From NCBI GenBank assembly GCA_035455905.1, contig DATIEH010000184.1:1-35642 (forward strand): DNA of 35,642 nucleotides, given 5' to 3'. Under the pieces are notes generated by a model. That model worked only from the letters and a program-made list of their open reading frames with translations. It was not told the DNA's origin and searched no databases. Position 1 is the first letter of the stretch. The number at the start of each line of letters is the position of its first letter. Made by a program: the position numbers and the translations under genes. Below are positions 26,225-35,396 of this stretch, in pieces. Origin of the DNA: Candidatus Binatia bacterium. GTDB lineage: Bacteria; Desulfobacterota; Binatia; UBA9968.

Positions 26225-26653
26225 TCAAATTTCAAAAATTAAATGCGCGGTCCACTGATTGCCGGTTTTTTGCATGCGACTCTTGTGAGATGCAACGGCG
26301 GCAATTTCCTGTTGGATTTCGTGGCGATCGGGATCGATTTTCTCTCCTCGAACGTCGGCTTTGACGAGGGTATCCTTCACCTCACGAATGAGAAACTCTT
26401 TTAGCAAATAGCCGCTGCCTTGATAGAGATAAAGCAGCTCCCGGACCCAGTTAACCATCAAATCATCTCGGTCTGTTCCCTCGACTTCCAAAGGAATAGA
26501 CTCCTTGCAGTCGATCTTTTGCACGTCCGTGACCATGACATCGAAAAGCGTGAGCGCCGAATTGGCAAAAAGATCCGCTTGTGAATTGCCAACAACTCTC
26601 ACCGCCAATTCAGATTGGTGCTTGGTAATGCGATAATTCTTCTGATTTTCCAT
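26225..26653 (-). CDS. Archease-like protein (divergent; signature residues substituted)
   Basis: The 142-aa ORF aligns end to end with my recollection of archease: ALTLFDVMV, EVEGTDRDDLM, RGEKIDPDRHE, and WTAHLIFEI at the C-terminus. The N-terminal HTAD signature reads HQSE, and the C-terminal KAxTYH reads AAVASH. Confidence 0.65.
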   Translation of the reverse strand: MENQKNYRITKHQSELAVRVVGNSQADLFANSALTLFDVMVTDVQKIDCKESIPLEVEGTDRDDLMVNWVRELLYLYQGSGYLLKEFLIREVKDTLVKADVRGEKIDPDRHEIQQEIAAVASHKSRMQKTGNQWTAHLIFEI

Positions 26654-26655
26654 GA

Positions 26656-26955
26656 TTATCGGTTTTGAGTTGAGGGCTGTTCGTGGGAGTTGCGCGAGAT
26701 CCTAAGCTCGTTCCGACCCGTGAAATCGTCTTCCAAAATCTGCCGGATTTCCGGACGGGCATAACATTGAACACATGTAAGGACGTCAATAGGTTGGATC
26801 AATTTGCGGTATTTGAGCGGTGGCGCATCGGGTTTGCGAGTGACGAGAAATTCCCATTCAGTCTCGCCGGTATGGAGCAGGTAAAAGTCGACTTTGTAAG
26901 TCCTCTGAGTATGTACCGTACCGAAAACTTCTCTGCCGCAGTGAGAACACTGCAT
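26656..26955 (-). CDS. Hypothetical small Cys4 (CxxC...CxxC) protein
   Basis: 99 aa counting from the ATG at 26955 (MQCSHCGRE...LTCVQCYARP). It lies 11 nt after the larB stop and its TAA is 2 nt before the archease-like ATG (TAATCATG). No clear Shine-Dalgarno. The track's longer 130-aa version would overlap larB by 82 nt. Confidence 0.4.
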   Translation of the reverse strand: MQCSHCGREVFGTVHTQRTYKVDFYLLHTGETEWEFLVTRKPDAPPLKYRKLIQPIDVLTCVQCYARPEIRQILEDDFTGRNELRISRNSHEQPSTQNR

Positions 26956-26966
26956 TTGACTGTTAT

Positions 26967-27716
26967 TTATAGCCGGTTTATTAGGCTCGCCGCAAACCCC
27001 GCCCCGAAGCCATTGTCGATGTTGACCACAGTCACACCGGCCGCACAAGAATTGAGCATTCCTAGCAGTGCCGCGAGACCGTGAAAACTCGCGCCGTAGC
27101 CGATGCTGGTCGGCACCGCGATGACAGGTTTAGCGACCAGGCCGCCGACGACGCTGGGCAAAGCGCCTTCCATTCCGGCGACGACGATCAGCACGGAAGC
27201 AGCATCCAGACGAGCACGGTTCTCCAAAAGGCGGTGGATGCCGGCAACGCCGACATCGTACAGACGGTCGACTCGATTACCCATCATTTCTGAGGTGACA
27301 ACCGCCTCTTCGGCGATGGAAATGTCAGAAGTGCCGGCGCAGACCACCAGCACAGTGCCTTTGCCGGTGATCCTGATTCGCTTCCTATACCAGGTCGCTG
27401 CTCGGGCCACAGGATGAAATCTCAGTCCAGCGCGCAAGCGCTTTAGCTGAGCGGCTTTCACAGAATCAAGCCGGGTGACGAGAACGTGATTTCCTTTCCG
27501 CCGTATCGCCTGGACGATCGCTGCGATCTGTTTGGCATCTTTGCCTTCGCCCATGACCACTTCGGGGAAACCCTGACGCAGTTCTCGATGATGATCGATT
27601 TTGGCAAAGCCGAGATCCTCGAAAGGCAAATGACGTAAACGGGCCATGGCCTCGGCGACGGTCACCTGGTTATCGCGTACGCGCTCCAACAAATCAGCTA
27701 ACCACTCGAAGTCCAT
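26967..27716 (-). CDS. larB: Nickel-pincer cofactor biosynthesis protein LarB (AIR-carboxylase/PurE-like NaAD carboxylase-hydrolase)
   Basis: N-terminal helical region followed by LGFAKIDHHRELRQGFPEVVMGEGK and a PurE-like domain (VLVVCAGTSDISIAEEA, VVAGMEGALPSVVGGL). The ATG at 27716 is preferred because it clears the thiL stop by 8 nt. Confidence 0.85.
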   Translation of the reverse strand: MDFEWLADLLERVRDNQVTVAEAMARLRHLPFEDLGFAKIDHHRELRQGFPEVVMGEGKDAKQIAAIVQAIRRKGNHVLVTRLDSVKAAQLKRLRAGLRFHPVARAATWYRKRIRITGKGTVLVVCAGTSDISIAEEAVVTSEMMGNRVDRLYDVGVAGIHRLLENRARLDAASVLIVVAGMEGALPSVVGGLVAKPVIAVPTSIGYGASFHGLAALLGMLNSCAAGVTVVNIDNGFGAGFAASLINRL

Positions 27717-27724
27717 GATCAAGT

Positions 27725-28762
27725 CTAATGAACCACGCCCGTGACGCGACAAATTTTAGTGCCCCGAAAGGTTTCGTTCGCGAAATGATCGTGACCCCGG
27801 ATCCGGAAGGGAATGGCGTGCCCTGATTTGTCAATAACGGCGATTCCTGTAGATTTCTGTGCACAAACGCCAATGCGCGTAATTGCCACACCGGCGCGCT
27901 CAGAAAGTTTTTCAATGCGCGTCCGATCTTGTGGCCGGCCGCAAAATAAAAGCTCGTAGTCTTCCCCGCCAGCTAATGCGGCGGCAGTTTCGTCGCGCTC
28001 GGCGATGGCTCGATACGCCGCCGAAAGCGGTAGTCGTTCCTCCGAGATCGTCGCGCCCACGGCGCTCGCTTTGCAAACATGCCCCAGGTCTTGCAATAGA
28101 CCGTCGCTCACATCGATCATTGCGGTTGCGAGCCGGCTTCTTGCGAGGAGCAGGCCAAGAGCAAGTCTTGGCTCGGGCCGATGATGGCGCGCGATAAGCT
28201 TCGCAATAGCGCGTTTTTTTGACCCGCTCCGGCCGCCTTGCAGAACCTCGAGCCCGAGAGCCGCGTCGCCAAGTGTGCCGCTGACATAAATATCGTCTCC
28301 CGCTCGGGCGCCGTTTCGACGTACCGGCGCATACGGTGCGTAACCAATCACGCAAACAGAAACAATAAGCGTGACCGCAGCATTGGTGTCACCACCGACC
28401 AAAGCTACGCCCGTTCGGCGTGCCAGGGCTTGCAGGCCGCGGTAGAACGCGTCGATTTGTGTGCTATCCAAATCGGCCGGAAGCCCGAGGGACAAAATAA
28501 CGTAGCTCGGCACGCCGCCCATTGCGGCAATATCACTGAGATTGACAGCTAGAGCTTTGTGACCAAGATCGAACAGAGAAGTCCAACGCAAGTCGAAGTG
28601 AATGCCCTCGATCAAAAGGTCCGCGGTTACCAGGGAGGAGTCTTTTGGGTTTATGATCCATGCGGCATCATCGCCGATGCCGATCCGGACGCCGCGCCCG
28701 GCAGGGGTCTTCTGACGAATTCTCTCGATGAGGCCGAATTCTCCGAGGCGGCTGAGTTTCAT
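27725..28762 (-). CDS. thiL: Thiamine-monophosphate kinase
   Basis: MKLSRLGEFGLIERI, IGIGDDAA, GHKALAVNLSDIAAMGG and GGDT are ThiL/AIR-synthase-related hallmarks. Confidence 0.9.
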   Translation of the reverse strand: MKLSRLGEFGLIERIRQKTPAGRGVRIGIGDDAAWIINPKDSSLVTADLLIEGIHFDLRWTSLFDLGHKALAVNLSDIAAMGGVPSYVILSLGLPADLDSTQIDAFYRGLQALARRTGVALVGGDTNAAVTLIVSVCVIGYAPYAPVRRNGARAGDDIYVSGTLGDAALGLEVLQGGRSGSKKRAIAKLIARHHRPEPRLALGLLLARSRLATAMIDVSDGLLQDLGHVCKASAVGATISEERLPLSAAYRAIAERDETAAALAGGEDYELLFCGRPQDRTRIEKLSERAGVAITRIGVCAQKSTGIAVIDKSGHAIPFRIRGHDHFANETFRGTKICRVTGVVH

Positions 28763-28829
28763 CGCGCGATGCGCTGAATTTCTGCGGGCAATGATCGCAG
28801 AAGGAACAGAGGTAAAGTCGAAATCTCAG

Positions 28830-31316
28830 CTAGGGTCTGATCGGAAGAGATCTTTCCCGCTGGCTTTTTCGCAGCGGTTTTGCCACTAGCTGCTGTCTGG
28901 GCAGAATTCCCTTGCCACGTTCCGTAGCGTTCGATTTGGTGCTGCCCTTACGCCGCTCCATCAAAGCGACGGATAAAACGTCGGACATGTTCTTGGCCAA
29001 GATCCAATTGAGCTTGCGTCGTAAGACTTTGGGAATTTCGTCAAGGTCTTTTTGATTCCGTTCGGGAACCACCAGCGTTTTGATGCCCGCCCGGAAGGCG
29101 GCCAAGGATTTTTCTTTAAGTCCACCGATCGGCAGGACTCGCCCGCGCAAGGTAATTTCGCCGGTCATCGCCACATCCCGGCTGACGGGCCGCCTGGTCA
29201 GAGCTGAAATCAGCGCGGTAGCCATGGTAATCCCGGCCGAAGGGCCATCCTTTGGAATCGCTCCCGCTGGGACATGAATATGAATATCCAGCTTCTGATA
29301 GAAGTCCGCTTCGATCCCCAACTCTTTGGCATGCGCGCGAGCATAGCTTACGGCGGCTTGAGCGGATTCCTTCATGACGTCGCCCAGTTGTCCTGTTAAA
29401 GTCAAATTACCCCGACCGCGCGACAGCGAAGCTTCGACGTACAGTATCTCTCCACCAGTACTGGTCCATGCCAATCCCGTGGCTACGCCGATTTCGTGGT
29501 GCTCCTGCTCAGCTTCGGGCAAGAACTTCGGCGCACCCAGAAAACCATGAATATTGGCGCGGTTCACTCGAGTCAGTTCAGTTTTGCCCTCGGCGACTTT
29601 GCGGGCCACCTTGCGGCAGATCGAAGCAATTTCGCGTTCCAAGTTTCTCAGGCCAGCTTCTTTGGTGTATTCCGCAATCACCCGCAGCACTGCATCGTCC
29701 GAGATCTCTAGGTGGCTCGAAGAAATGCCGTTATCAGTGAACTGGCGGGGAATGAGGTACTTGCGCGCAATCGCCAATTTTTCTTCGTTGGTATAGCCGG
29801 ACAGTTGTATGACTTCCATGCGATCCGCTAGTGCTGCCGGGATCGGATCGAGCAAGTTGGCCGTGCAGATAAACAGCACATTGGAGAGATCGAACGGAAC
29901 GTTCAAATAGTGATCACTGAAGGCATGATTCTGCTCGGGATCGAGTACTTCGAGCAGAGCCGCGGAGGGATCGCCGCGAAAATCAGCTCCTACTTTATCT
30001 ATTTCATCAAGCATGAAAACCGGGTTGTTTGAACCCGCTTGTTTGATTCCCTGAATAACGCGTCCCGGCAGCGCGCCAACATAAGTGCGACGATGGCCGC
30101 GAATCTCCGCTTCATCACGGACGCCGCCAAGTGAAACGCGCACAAAGTTCCTTCCCAGCGAACGCGCGATGGATCGCCCTAAAGAAGTTTTACCAACCCC
30201 TGGAGGACCGACGAAACAGAGAATCGGGCCTTTAATTTTGCGCCGAAGCTTGTTCACCGCAAGGTATTCCAAAATACGCTCTTTTATTTTTTCAAGATCG
30301 TAATGATCCTCGTCGAGGACCTGTTTGGCCTTTTTGATATTCAGGTTGTCCTTGGTCCTCTTGCTCCATGGCAAATCCACGAGCCAATCCAGATAGGTTC
30401 GCACTAAGGATGCCTCCGAAGACTCCGGGTGCATCTGTTCGAGCCGGCGGAGTTGCTTATCGGCCTCGCGTTTGACGTCCAGTGGCATCTTGGCTTTTTC
30501 GATCTGTTTTTTTAGTTCGTTGAGCTCCTCCGCGCGTTCGTCGCCTTCGCCCAGTTCCTGTTGAATTTGCTTGAGCTGCTCCCTCAGGTAATAATCCCGC
30601 TGGGTCTTGCTCATTTCTTCCTTGGCTTGATTCTGGATGCGCGCCTGCATCGTTGAGAGCTCCAACTCCCGCGCAAGCAGCTCGTTGACCTTCTTCAACC
30701 GCTCGATAGGATCAAAAATTTCGAGAATCGCCTGGCTTTCTTCAATTTTGAGGCGCAAGTTTGACGCCACGAGATCGGCCAGTACGCCGGGATCACTGAT
30801 GTTGTCCGTGACCATGACGATTTCGGGCGGCAGATTCTTAAGATTTAAAATCTGCTCGATTTTTTCTTTGGCAGTGCGCATCAGAGCTTCAACTTCGATC
30901 GGCACCTCCGCCAAAGTCGGCTCGATGACTTTTTTGATCTTTACTTCAAAGAACGGCCGCTCGCGCAAATAAGTGTCAACTTCGCCTTTCGACAATCCCT
31001 GGACCAGAATTTTCACGCGGCCGTCCGCGAGCTTCAGCATGCGCATGATCGACGCAATTGTGCCCACGCGGTGAATATCGGCCGGAGCCGGATTCTCCTC
31101 GGAAGAATTCATCTGTGAAACCAAGAAAATCAGCCGATCGCGACTTAACGCTTCTTCGACGGCACGAATCGAAACATCCCGACCGACGAAGAGCGGCAAC
31201 ATCATGTAAGGATAAATAACAATGTCGCGGATAGGCAGGAGCGGTAAAATCTCCGGAATTTCAACTTGGGAGGTTTTGTTCTCCGCGTTTTCAGATTTCC
31301 ATTCAGCTTCGCTCAT
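28830..31316 (-). CDS. lon: ATP-dependent Lon protease (LonA)
   Basis: 828-aa ORF with an N-terminal LON substrate-binding domain ([23 protein letters not shown]), AAA+ Walker [10 protein letters not shown], and the protease Ser motif [13 protein letters not shown]. It has a basic ~45-aa C-terminal tail. Confidence 0.96.
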   Translation of the reverse strand: MSEAEWKSENAENKTSQVEIPEILPLLPIRDIVIYPYMMLPLFVGRDVSIRAVEEALSRDRLIFLVSQMNSSEENPAPADIHRVGTIASIMRMLKLADGRVKILVQGLSKGEVDTYLRERPFFEVKIKKVIEPTLAEVPIEVEALMRTAKEKIEQILNLKNLPPEIVMVTDNISDPGVLADLVASNLRLKIEESQAILEIFDPIERLKKVNELLARELELSTMQARIQNQAKEEMSKTQRDYYLREQLKQIQQELGEGDERAEELNELKKQIEKAKMPLDVKREADKQLRRLEQMHPESSEASLVRTYLDWLVDLPWSKRTKDNLNIKKAKQVLDEDHYDLEKIKERILEYLAVNKLRRKIKGPILCFVGPPGVGKTSLGRSIARSLGRNFVRVSLGGVRDEAEIRGHRRTYVGALPGRVIQGIKQAGSNNPVFMLDEIDKVGADFRGDPSAALLEVLDPEQNHAFSDHYLNVPFDLSNVLFICTANLLDPIPAALADRMEVIQLSGYTNEEKLAIARKYLIPRQFTDNGISSSHLEISDDAVLRVIAEYTKEAGLRNLEREIASICRKVARKVAEGKTELTRVNRANIHGFLGAPKFLPEAEQEHHEIGVATGLAWTSTGGEILYVEASLSRGRGNLTLTGQLGDVMKESAQAAVSYARAHAKELGIEADFYQKLDIHIHVPAGAIPKDGPSAGITMATALISALTRRPVSRDVAMTGEITLRGRVLPIGGLKEKSLAAFRAGIKTLVVPERNQKDLDEIPKVLRRKLNWILAKNMSDVLSVALMERRKGSTKSNATERGKGILPRQQLVAKPLRKSQRERSLPIRP

Positions 31317-31443
31317 GATGGCTCCAATTCTCAGAGCACCTTAATCGTACTGACGCGATGAGGTCAACACAAATCCGTCTGCGCGCGACAAAGATCCGCG
31401 ATGCCGGGAGTAGGCTCGAGCGCCGCCGGAGATCCCGACGGGC

Positions 31444-32544
31444 TCAGCCAAATAGTTCCTTCATCTTATCGAAGAAGCCCTTGGCCAGAGGATTGAGTTC
31501 TTCGCCGCCGAGCGCGGCAAATTCCTTTAACAACTCTTTTTGCTTGGCCGTCAGACGAGTTGGTATTTCGACGGTAACGCGAACATGTTGGTCACCCTGC
31601 TGAAAACCCTGAACGTCTTTTACCCCTTTGCTCTTCATGCGAAAAACTTTGCCGGACTGCGTGCCGGGGGGAATTTTCATTTTAACTTTGCCTTCGAGCG
31701 TAGGCACATCGATCTCAGCACCCAAGACCGCCTGGACGAAGCTGATGGGCACGTCACAGATAATGTCGAGATTGTCCCGCACGAAAATCGGATGTGGTTC
31801 CACATGGATCACGACGTAGAGATCACCGGGGACGCCGCCAGCAGGACCGGCTTCGCCTTCGGCACGTAGCTTTAACCGTGATCCAGTGTCGACTCCGGCG
31901 GGAATCCTTACGCTCAGCGTGTGCATATTCCGTACACGTCCCGCCCCCCCGCACGTTGTGCAGGGCTCCTTGATGACGGTCCCCTGACCGTGACATTGGC
32001 CACAGGTTCGGGAAACACTAAAAAATCCCTGCTGAAAACTCACCTGGCCGCGGCCCCGGCATGTGGGGCACGTTTGAGGTGCTGTCCCGGCTTTCGCGCC
32101 GGTGCCGCGGCAGCTGTCGCATACCCCATGGCGCGGAATTTTAATCTTTTTCTCGGTCCCTGAAACGGCTTCTTCGAACTTAAGCGTCAGATTGTAACGT
32201 AAATCGTCGCCCCGTGCGCGACCGCGTCGGCGTCCTCCGCCCCCGAAAAACTCGCCGAAGATATCGCCGAAAATGTCTTCGAAACCACCGGAGAAGTCGA
32301 AGCCCGGTCCGCCTTCACCAAAGGCTGCATGGCCGAACTGATCGTACTGCGCACGCTTATGCGGATCGGAAAGCACCGAATACGCTTCGGATACTTCCTT
32401 GAATTTTTCCTCTGCCTGCTTGTCGCCGGGGTTGCGGTCGGGGTGATGTTGCAGCGCGAGTTTGCGGTAAGCCTTCTTAATTTCTTCTTCCCCGGCATTG
32501 CGATTAATACCGAGCAACTCGTAATAGTCCTTCTTGCCGTTCAA
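31444..32544 (-). CDS. dnaJ: Molecular chaperone DnaJ
   Basis: J-domain ([10 protein letters not shown]...HHPDRNPGD), G/F-rich linker, and four CxxCxGxG zinc-finger repeats. The track start (TTG at 32568) lacks a Shine-Dalgarno. The TTG at 32544 (MNGKKDYY) is preceded by AAAGGA and fits the usual N-terminus. Confidence 0.95.
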   Translation of the reverse strand: MNGKKDYYELLGINRNAGEEEIKKAYRKLALQHHPDRNPGDKQAEEKFKEVSEAYSVLSDPHKRAQYDQFGHAAFGEGGPGFDFSGGFEDIFGDIFGEFFGGGGRRRGRARGDDLRYNLTLKFEEAVSGTEKKIKIPRHGVCDSCRGTGAKAGTAPQTCPTCRGRGQVSFQQGFFSVSRTCGQCHGQGTVIKEPCTTCGGAGRVRNMHTLSVRIPAGVDTGSRLKLRAEGEAGPAGGVPGDLYVVIHVEPHPIFVRDNLDIICDVPISFVQAVLGAEIDVPTLEGKVKMKIPPGTQSGKVFRMKSKGVKDVQGFQQGDQHVRVTVEIPTRLTAKQKELLKEFAALGGEELNPLAKGFFDKMKELFG

Positions 32545-32580
32545 GATCGACGATCCTTTGGGTTCCAAATATCTTTATGT

Positions 32581-32625
32581 ATAAGCAAGAAAGCCCCTCT
32601 CCCGAGAAACGGGAGGAGGGGCTTT
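32581..32625 (-). terminator. Intrinsic terminator/attenuator hairpin between dnaK and dnaJ
   Basis: On the minus strand the sequence is AAAGCCCCTCCTCCCG-TTTCT-CGGGAGAGGGGC followed by TTTCTTGCTT. This is a 12-13-bp G/C stem with one bulge plus a U-rich tail, lying just downstream of the dnaK stop. Confidence 0.55.
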
Positions 32626-32656
32626 AGGGCCGGAAAAAGCGGTGTTCTTTCGCCGA

Positions 32657-34585
32657 CTATTCTTTAACCTCAGTGAAGTCGGCGTCAACCACGTCATCTT
32701 TCTTTTTGCCGCCATCACCGCCGCTGCCGTCGGTTGCCGAGTTGTTTGTCGCCTGTTCCTGTGCAGACTGTTGTTGCGAAGAAGCCTTCGCATACATTGC
32801 TTCCGCTAATTTATGGGATGCCTGACTGAGCTGTTCCGCGGCTTTGCGCATCGCTTCCGCGTCTTGCCCGTCTAGCACCTCTTTGGCTCGTTTGAGCTCC
32901 GCTTCAATATTTGCTTTGACGTTAGCGTCGAGATCGCTGCCGTGTTCCTTTAATGACTTTTCCGTGGAATAAACCAGAGTGTCGAGATGATTACGAGCTT
33001 CCACCGTCTCCTTGCGCTTCTTATCGTCAGCGGCGTGAGCCTCAGCGTCGTGGACCATTTTCTTGATTTCCTCTTCGTTGAGCCCGCTCGACGCGGTGAT
33101 CTTTATCGACTGTTCCTTTCCGGTGCCAAGATCCTTCGCCGCCACATGAACGATTCCATTGGCATCGATATCGAATGTGACTTCGACCTGCGGGACGCCG
33201 CGTGGCGCCATAGGAATTCCGACGAGATCAAACTGGCCGAGCAGTTTGTTGTCCGCCGCCATTTCCCGCTCTCCTTGGAAGACTCGGATTGAAACAGCAG
33301 ATTGATTATCCTGCGCGGTGGAAAAAACCTGGCTTTTCTTCGTCGGAATCGTCGTATTGCGCTCAATCAGCTTCGTGAAGACGCCGCCAAGAGTTTCTAT
33401 GCCGAGAGACAACGGCGTGACGTCCAGAAGCAATACGTCTTTGACTTCTCCTTTTAACACCGCGCCTTGGATCGCCGCACCAACCGCCACAACTTCGTCC
33501 GGATTAACCCCTTTGTGCGGCTCCTTGCCGAAAATTTTGCGGACCCGCTCTTGAACGGCCGGCATACGAGTCATGCCGCCGACCAAAATGACTTCATGAA
33601 TGTCGCCCGCGCTAAGCCCGGCGTCTTTTAAAGCTTGCCGGCACGGCCCTTCCATTCGATCGATCAAATCGGCGCAAAGCGCTTCGAGCTTCGATCGCGT
33701 CAGTTTCATATTTAAGTGCTTCGGCCCCTGTTGGTCGGCAGTAATAAAGGGCAGGTTGATGTCGGTCTCCATTGATGAGGACAACTCGCACTTCGCCTTT
33801 TCCGCGGCCTCTTTCAGTCGCTGGAGCGCCATGCGATCTTTTCGCAAATCGATACCCTGGTCTTTTTTGAACTCGTCCGCGAGGTAATCAATAACCCGCT
33901 GGTCGAAATCTTCACCACCAAGGAAGGTATCACCATTGGTGGCTTTTACCTCAAAGACACCGTCGCCGAGCTCTAAAATAGAGATATCGAACGTACCGCC
34001 GCCAAGATCAAAGACGGCGATCTTTTCGTCCTTCTTTTTGTCTAACCCATAGGCAAGCGATGCCGCGGTAGGCTCGTTAATGATGCGCAATACGTTCAGG
34101 CCTGCGATGCGGCCGGCGTCTTTGGTCGCCTGACGTTGGCTATCGTTAAAGTAAGCGGGGACTGTAATGACCGCTTCAGTGACTTTTTCGCCGAGATAAT
34201 CTTCGGCCGTTTGTTTCATTTTTTGCAAAATAAATGCAGAGATCTCCGCCGGACTGTAGCGCTTGCCGCGGATTTCCACCCAAGCGTCGCCATTCTCATT
34301 GCGAACAATCTTGTAAGGTAGAAGACTGGACGCTTTCTGCACCATTGCGTCGTCGCTGCGTCTGCCAATCAGCCGTTTAACGGCGAAGATTGTATTTTCC
34401 GGATTTGTAATTGCCTGCCTGCGCGCGATCTGTCCGACAAGCCGCTCCCCACTGTCAGTAAAGGCCACAACGGATGGCGTCGTACGGCTGCCCTCCGCGT
34501 TAGCCAGGACATTGGGATCGCCGCCTTCCATTATTGCCACGCACGAGTTCGTTGTTCCTAGATCGATCCCGATTACTTTTGCCAT
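32657..34585 (-). CDS. dnaK: Molecular chaperone DnaK (Hsp70)
   Basis: [29 protein letters not shown] and [11 protein letters not shown] are the canonical Hsp70 signatures. The ATG at 34585 is preceded by GAGGAG, whereas the track start at 34615 adds 10 non-conserved residues. Confidence 0.97.
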   Translation of the reverse strand: MAKVIGIDLGTTNSCVAIMEGGDPNVLANAEGSRTTPSVVAFTDSGERLVGQIARRQAITNPENTIFAVKRLIGRRSDDAMVQKASSLLPYKIVRNENGDAWVEIRGKRYSPAEISAFILQKMKQTAEDYLGEKVTEAVITVPAYFNDSQRQATKDAGRIAGLNVLRIINEPTAASLAYGLDKKKDEKIAVFDLGGGTFDISILELGDGVFEVKATNGDTFLGGEDFDQRVIDYLADEFKKDQGIDLRKDRMALQRLKEAAEKAKCELSSSMETDINLPFITADQQGPKHLNMKLTRSKLEALCADLIDRMEGPCRQALKDAGLSAGDIHEVILVGGMTRMPAVQERVRKIFGKEPHKGVNPDEVVAVGAAIQGAVLKGEVKDVLLLDVTPLSLGIETLGGVFTKLIERNTTIPTKKSQVFSTAQDNQSAVSIRVFQGEREMAADNKLLGQFDLVGIPMAPRGVPQVEVTFDIDANGIVHVAAKDLGTGKEQSIKITASSGLNEEEIKKMVHDAEAHAADDKKRKETVEARNHLDTLVYSTEKSLKEHGSDLDANVKANIEAELKRAKEVLDGQDAEAMRKAAEQLSQASHKLAEAMYAKASSQQQSAQEQATNNSATDGSGGDGGKKKDDVVDADFTEVKE

Positions 34586-34634
34586 TTTCAATAACTCCTC
34601 GAAACTTTTCTCCAAACATGAGAACGAAGGTTAT

Positions 34635-35237
34635 TTAATCATCGCTTGACCCGTTTTCAACCTGACTTTCCGGGTTTTTTTTATCCTGTGTTTTGGCTGG
34701 CTTAGCGACAGTTACCAGCGCTGGTCGAAGCAGTCTTTCATGCAGCATGTAGCCTTTGTGCAGTTCTTCAACAACCGAGTTGGGGTCGTGTTCGTCAGTT
34801 TCCACCTGCGCCATTGCTTCATGCTTCGCGGGGTCAAAAGGTTGTCCCGCCGCCGATATCTGCGTAACGCCGTGCTTTGCTAGTATGTCAACAAGGGATC
34901 GAAGGACCATTTCCACGCCCTCCACGAGTGGTTTGCCGTTGCCACCACCCGATGCGTGCGCCACGGCGCGTTCGAGATTGTCGAGAATCGGCAGCAGGTC
35001 CCTGATCACGCTCTCTTTGGCAAAACGAACGGCGTCATCACGATCGCGGGACGTGCGTTTCTTGTAATTTTCGAATTCAGCCGCTTGGCGGAGGAATCGA
35101 TCGTAGTTGGTTTTAGCTTCGATTTCTTTGCTTTCGAGCTGCTCTCGGAGGGCCGTAATTTCGGATTCCGAGCCTGGCTGTGCCGGCTGCGCGGAAGCAG
35201 TTTCCCCGTCCAAATCCTTCTTTGTTTCGACGCTCAT
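34635..35237 (-). CDS. grpE: Nucleotide exchange factor GrpE
   Basis: FENYKKRTSRD, LLPILDNLERA and FDPAKHEAM are GrpE hallmarks. The ATG at 35237 is preceded by GGAGA. The track start at 35351 is a TTG with no Shine-Dalgarno. Confidence 0.9.
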   Translation of the reverse strand: MSVETKKDLDGETASAQPAQPGSESEITALREQLESKEIEAKTNYDRFLRQAAEFENYKKRTSRDRDDAVRFAKESVIRDLLPILDNLERAVAHASGGGNGKPLVEGVEMVLRSLVDILAKHGVTQISAAGQPFDPAKHEAMAQVETDEHDPNSVVEELHKGYMLHERLLRPALVTVAKPAKTQDKKNPESQVENGSSDD

Positions 35238-35396
35238 AGCTATAGATCTCCTCATCACAACAGTTTGGGAAACGTAATCACGATAGTCGCCAGTGTCAAG
35301 CTGGGGAACATCATTTTCTCTTGATTTTCTAAATACTTGTCTCGGTGTCAAGTTAATGATATGGTAGCTGTCCGGTGCGATGCAGCACTAGCCAGA

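Noticed and set aside
26956-27048. 5' extension of the Cys4 ORF to 130 aa (MCGRCDCG...)
   Set aside because: It would overlap larB by 82 nt in a different frame. The ATG at 26955 fits the tight head-to-tail packing seen along the rest of the string. It is kept only as an alternative.
28780-28802. Hairpin TTCTGCG-N9-CGCAGAA in the lon-thiL spacer
   Set aside because: The stem is 7 bp with no convincing U-tract on the minus strand. It could be a weak attenuator, but that is not supportable from sequence alone.
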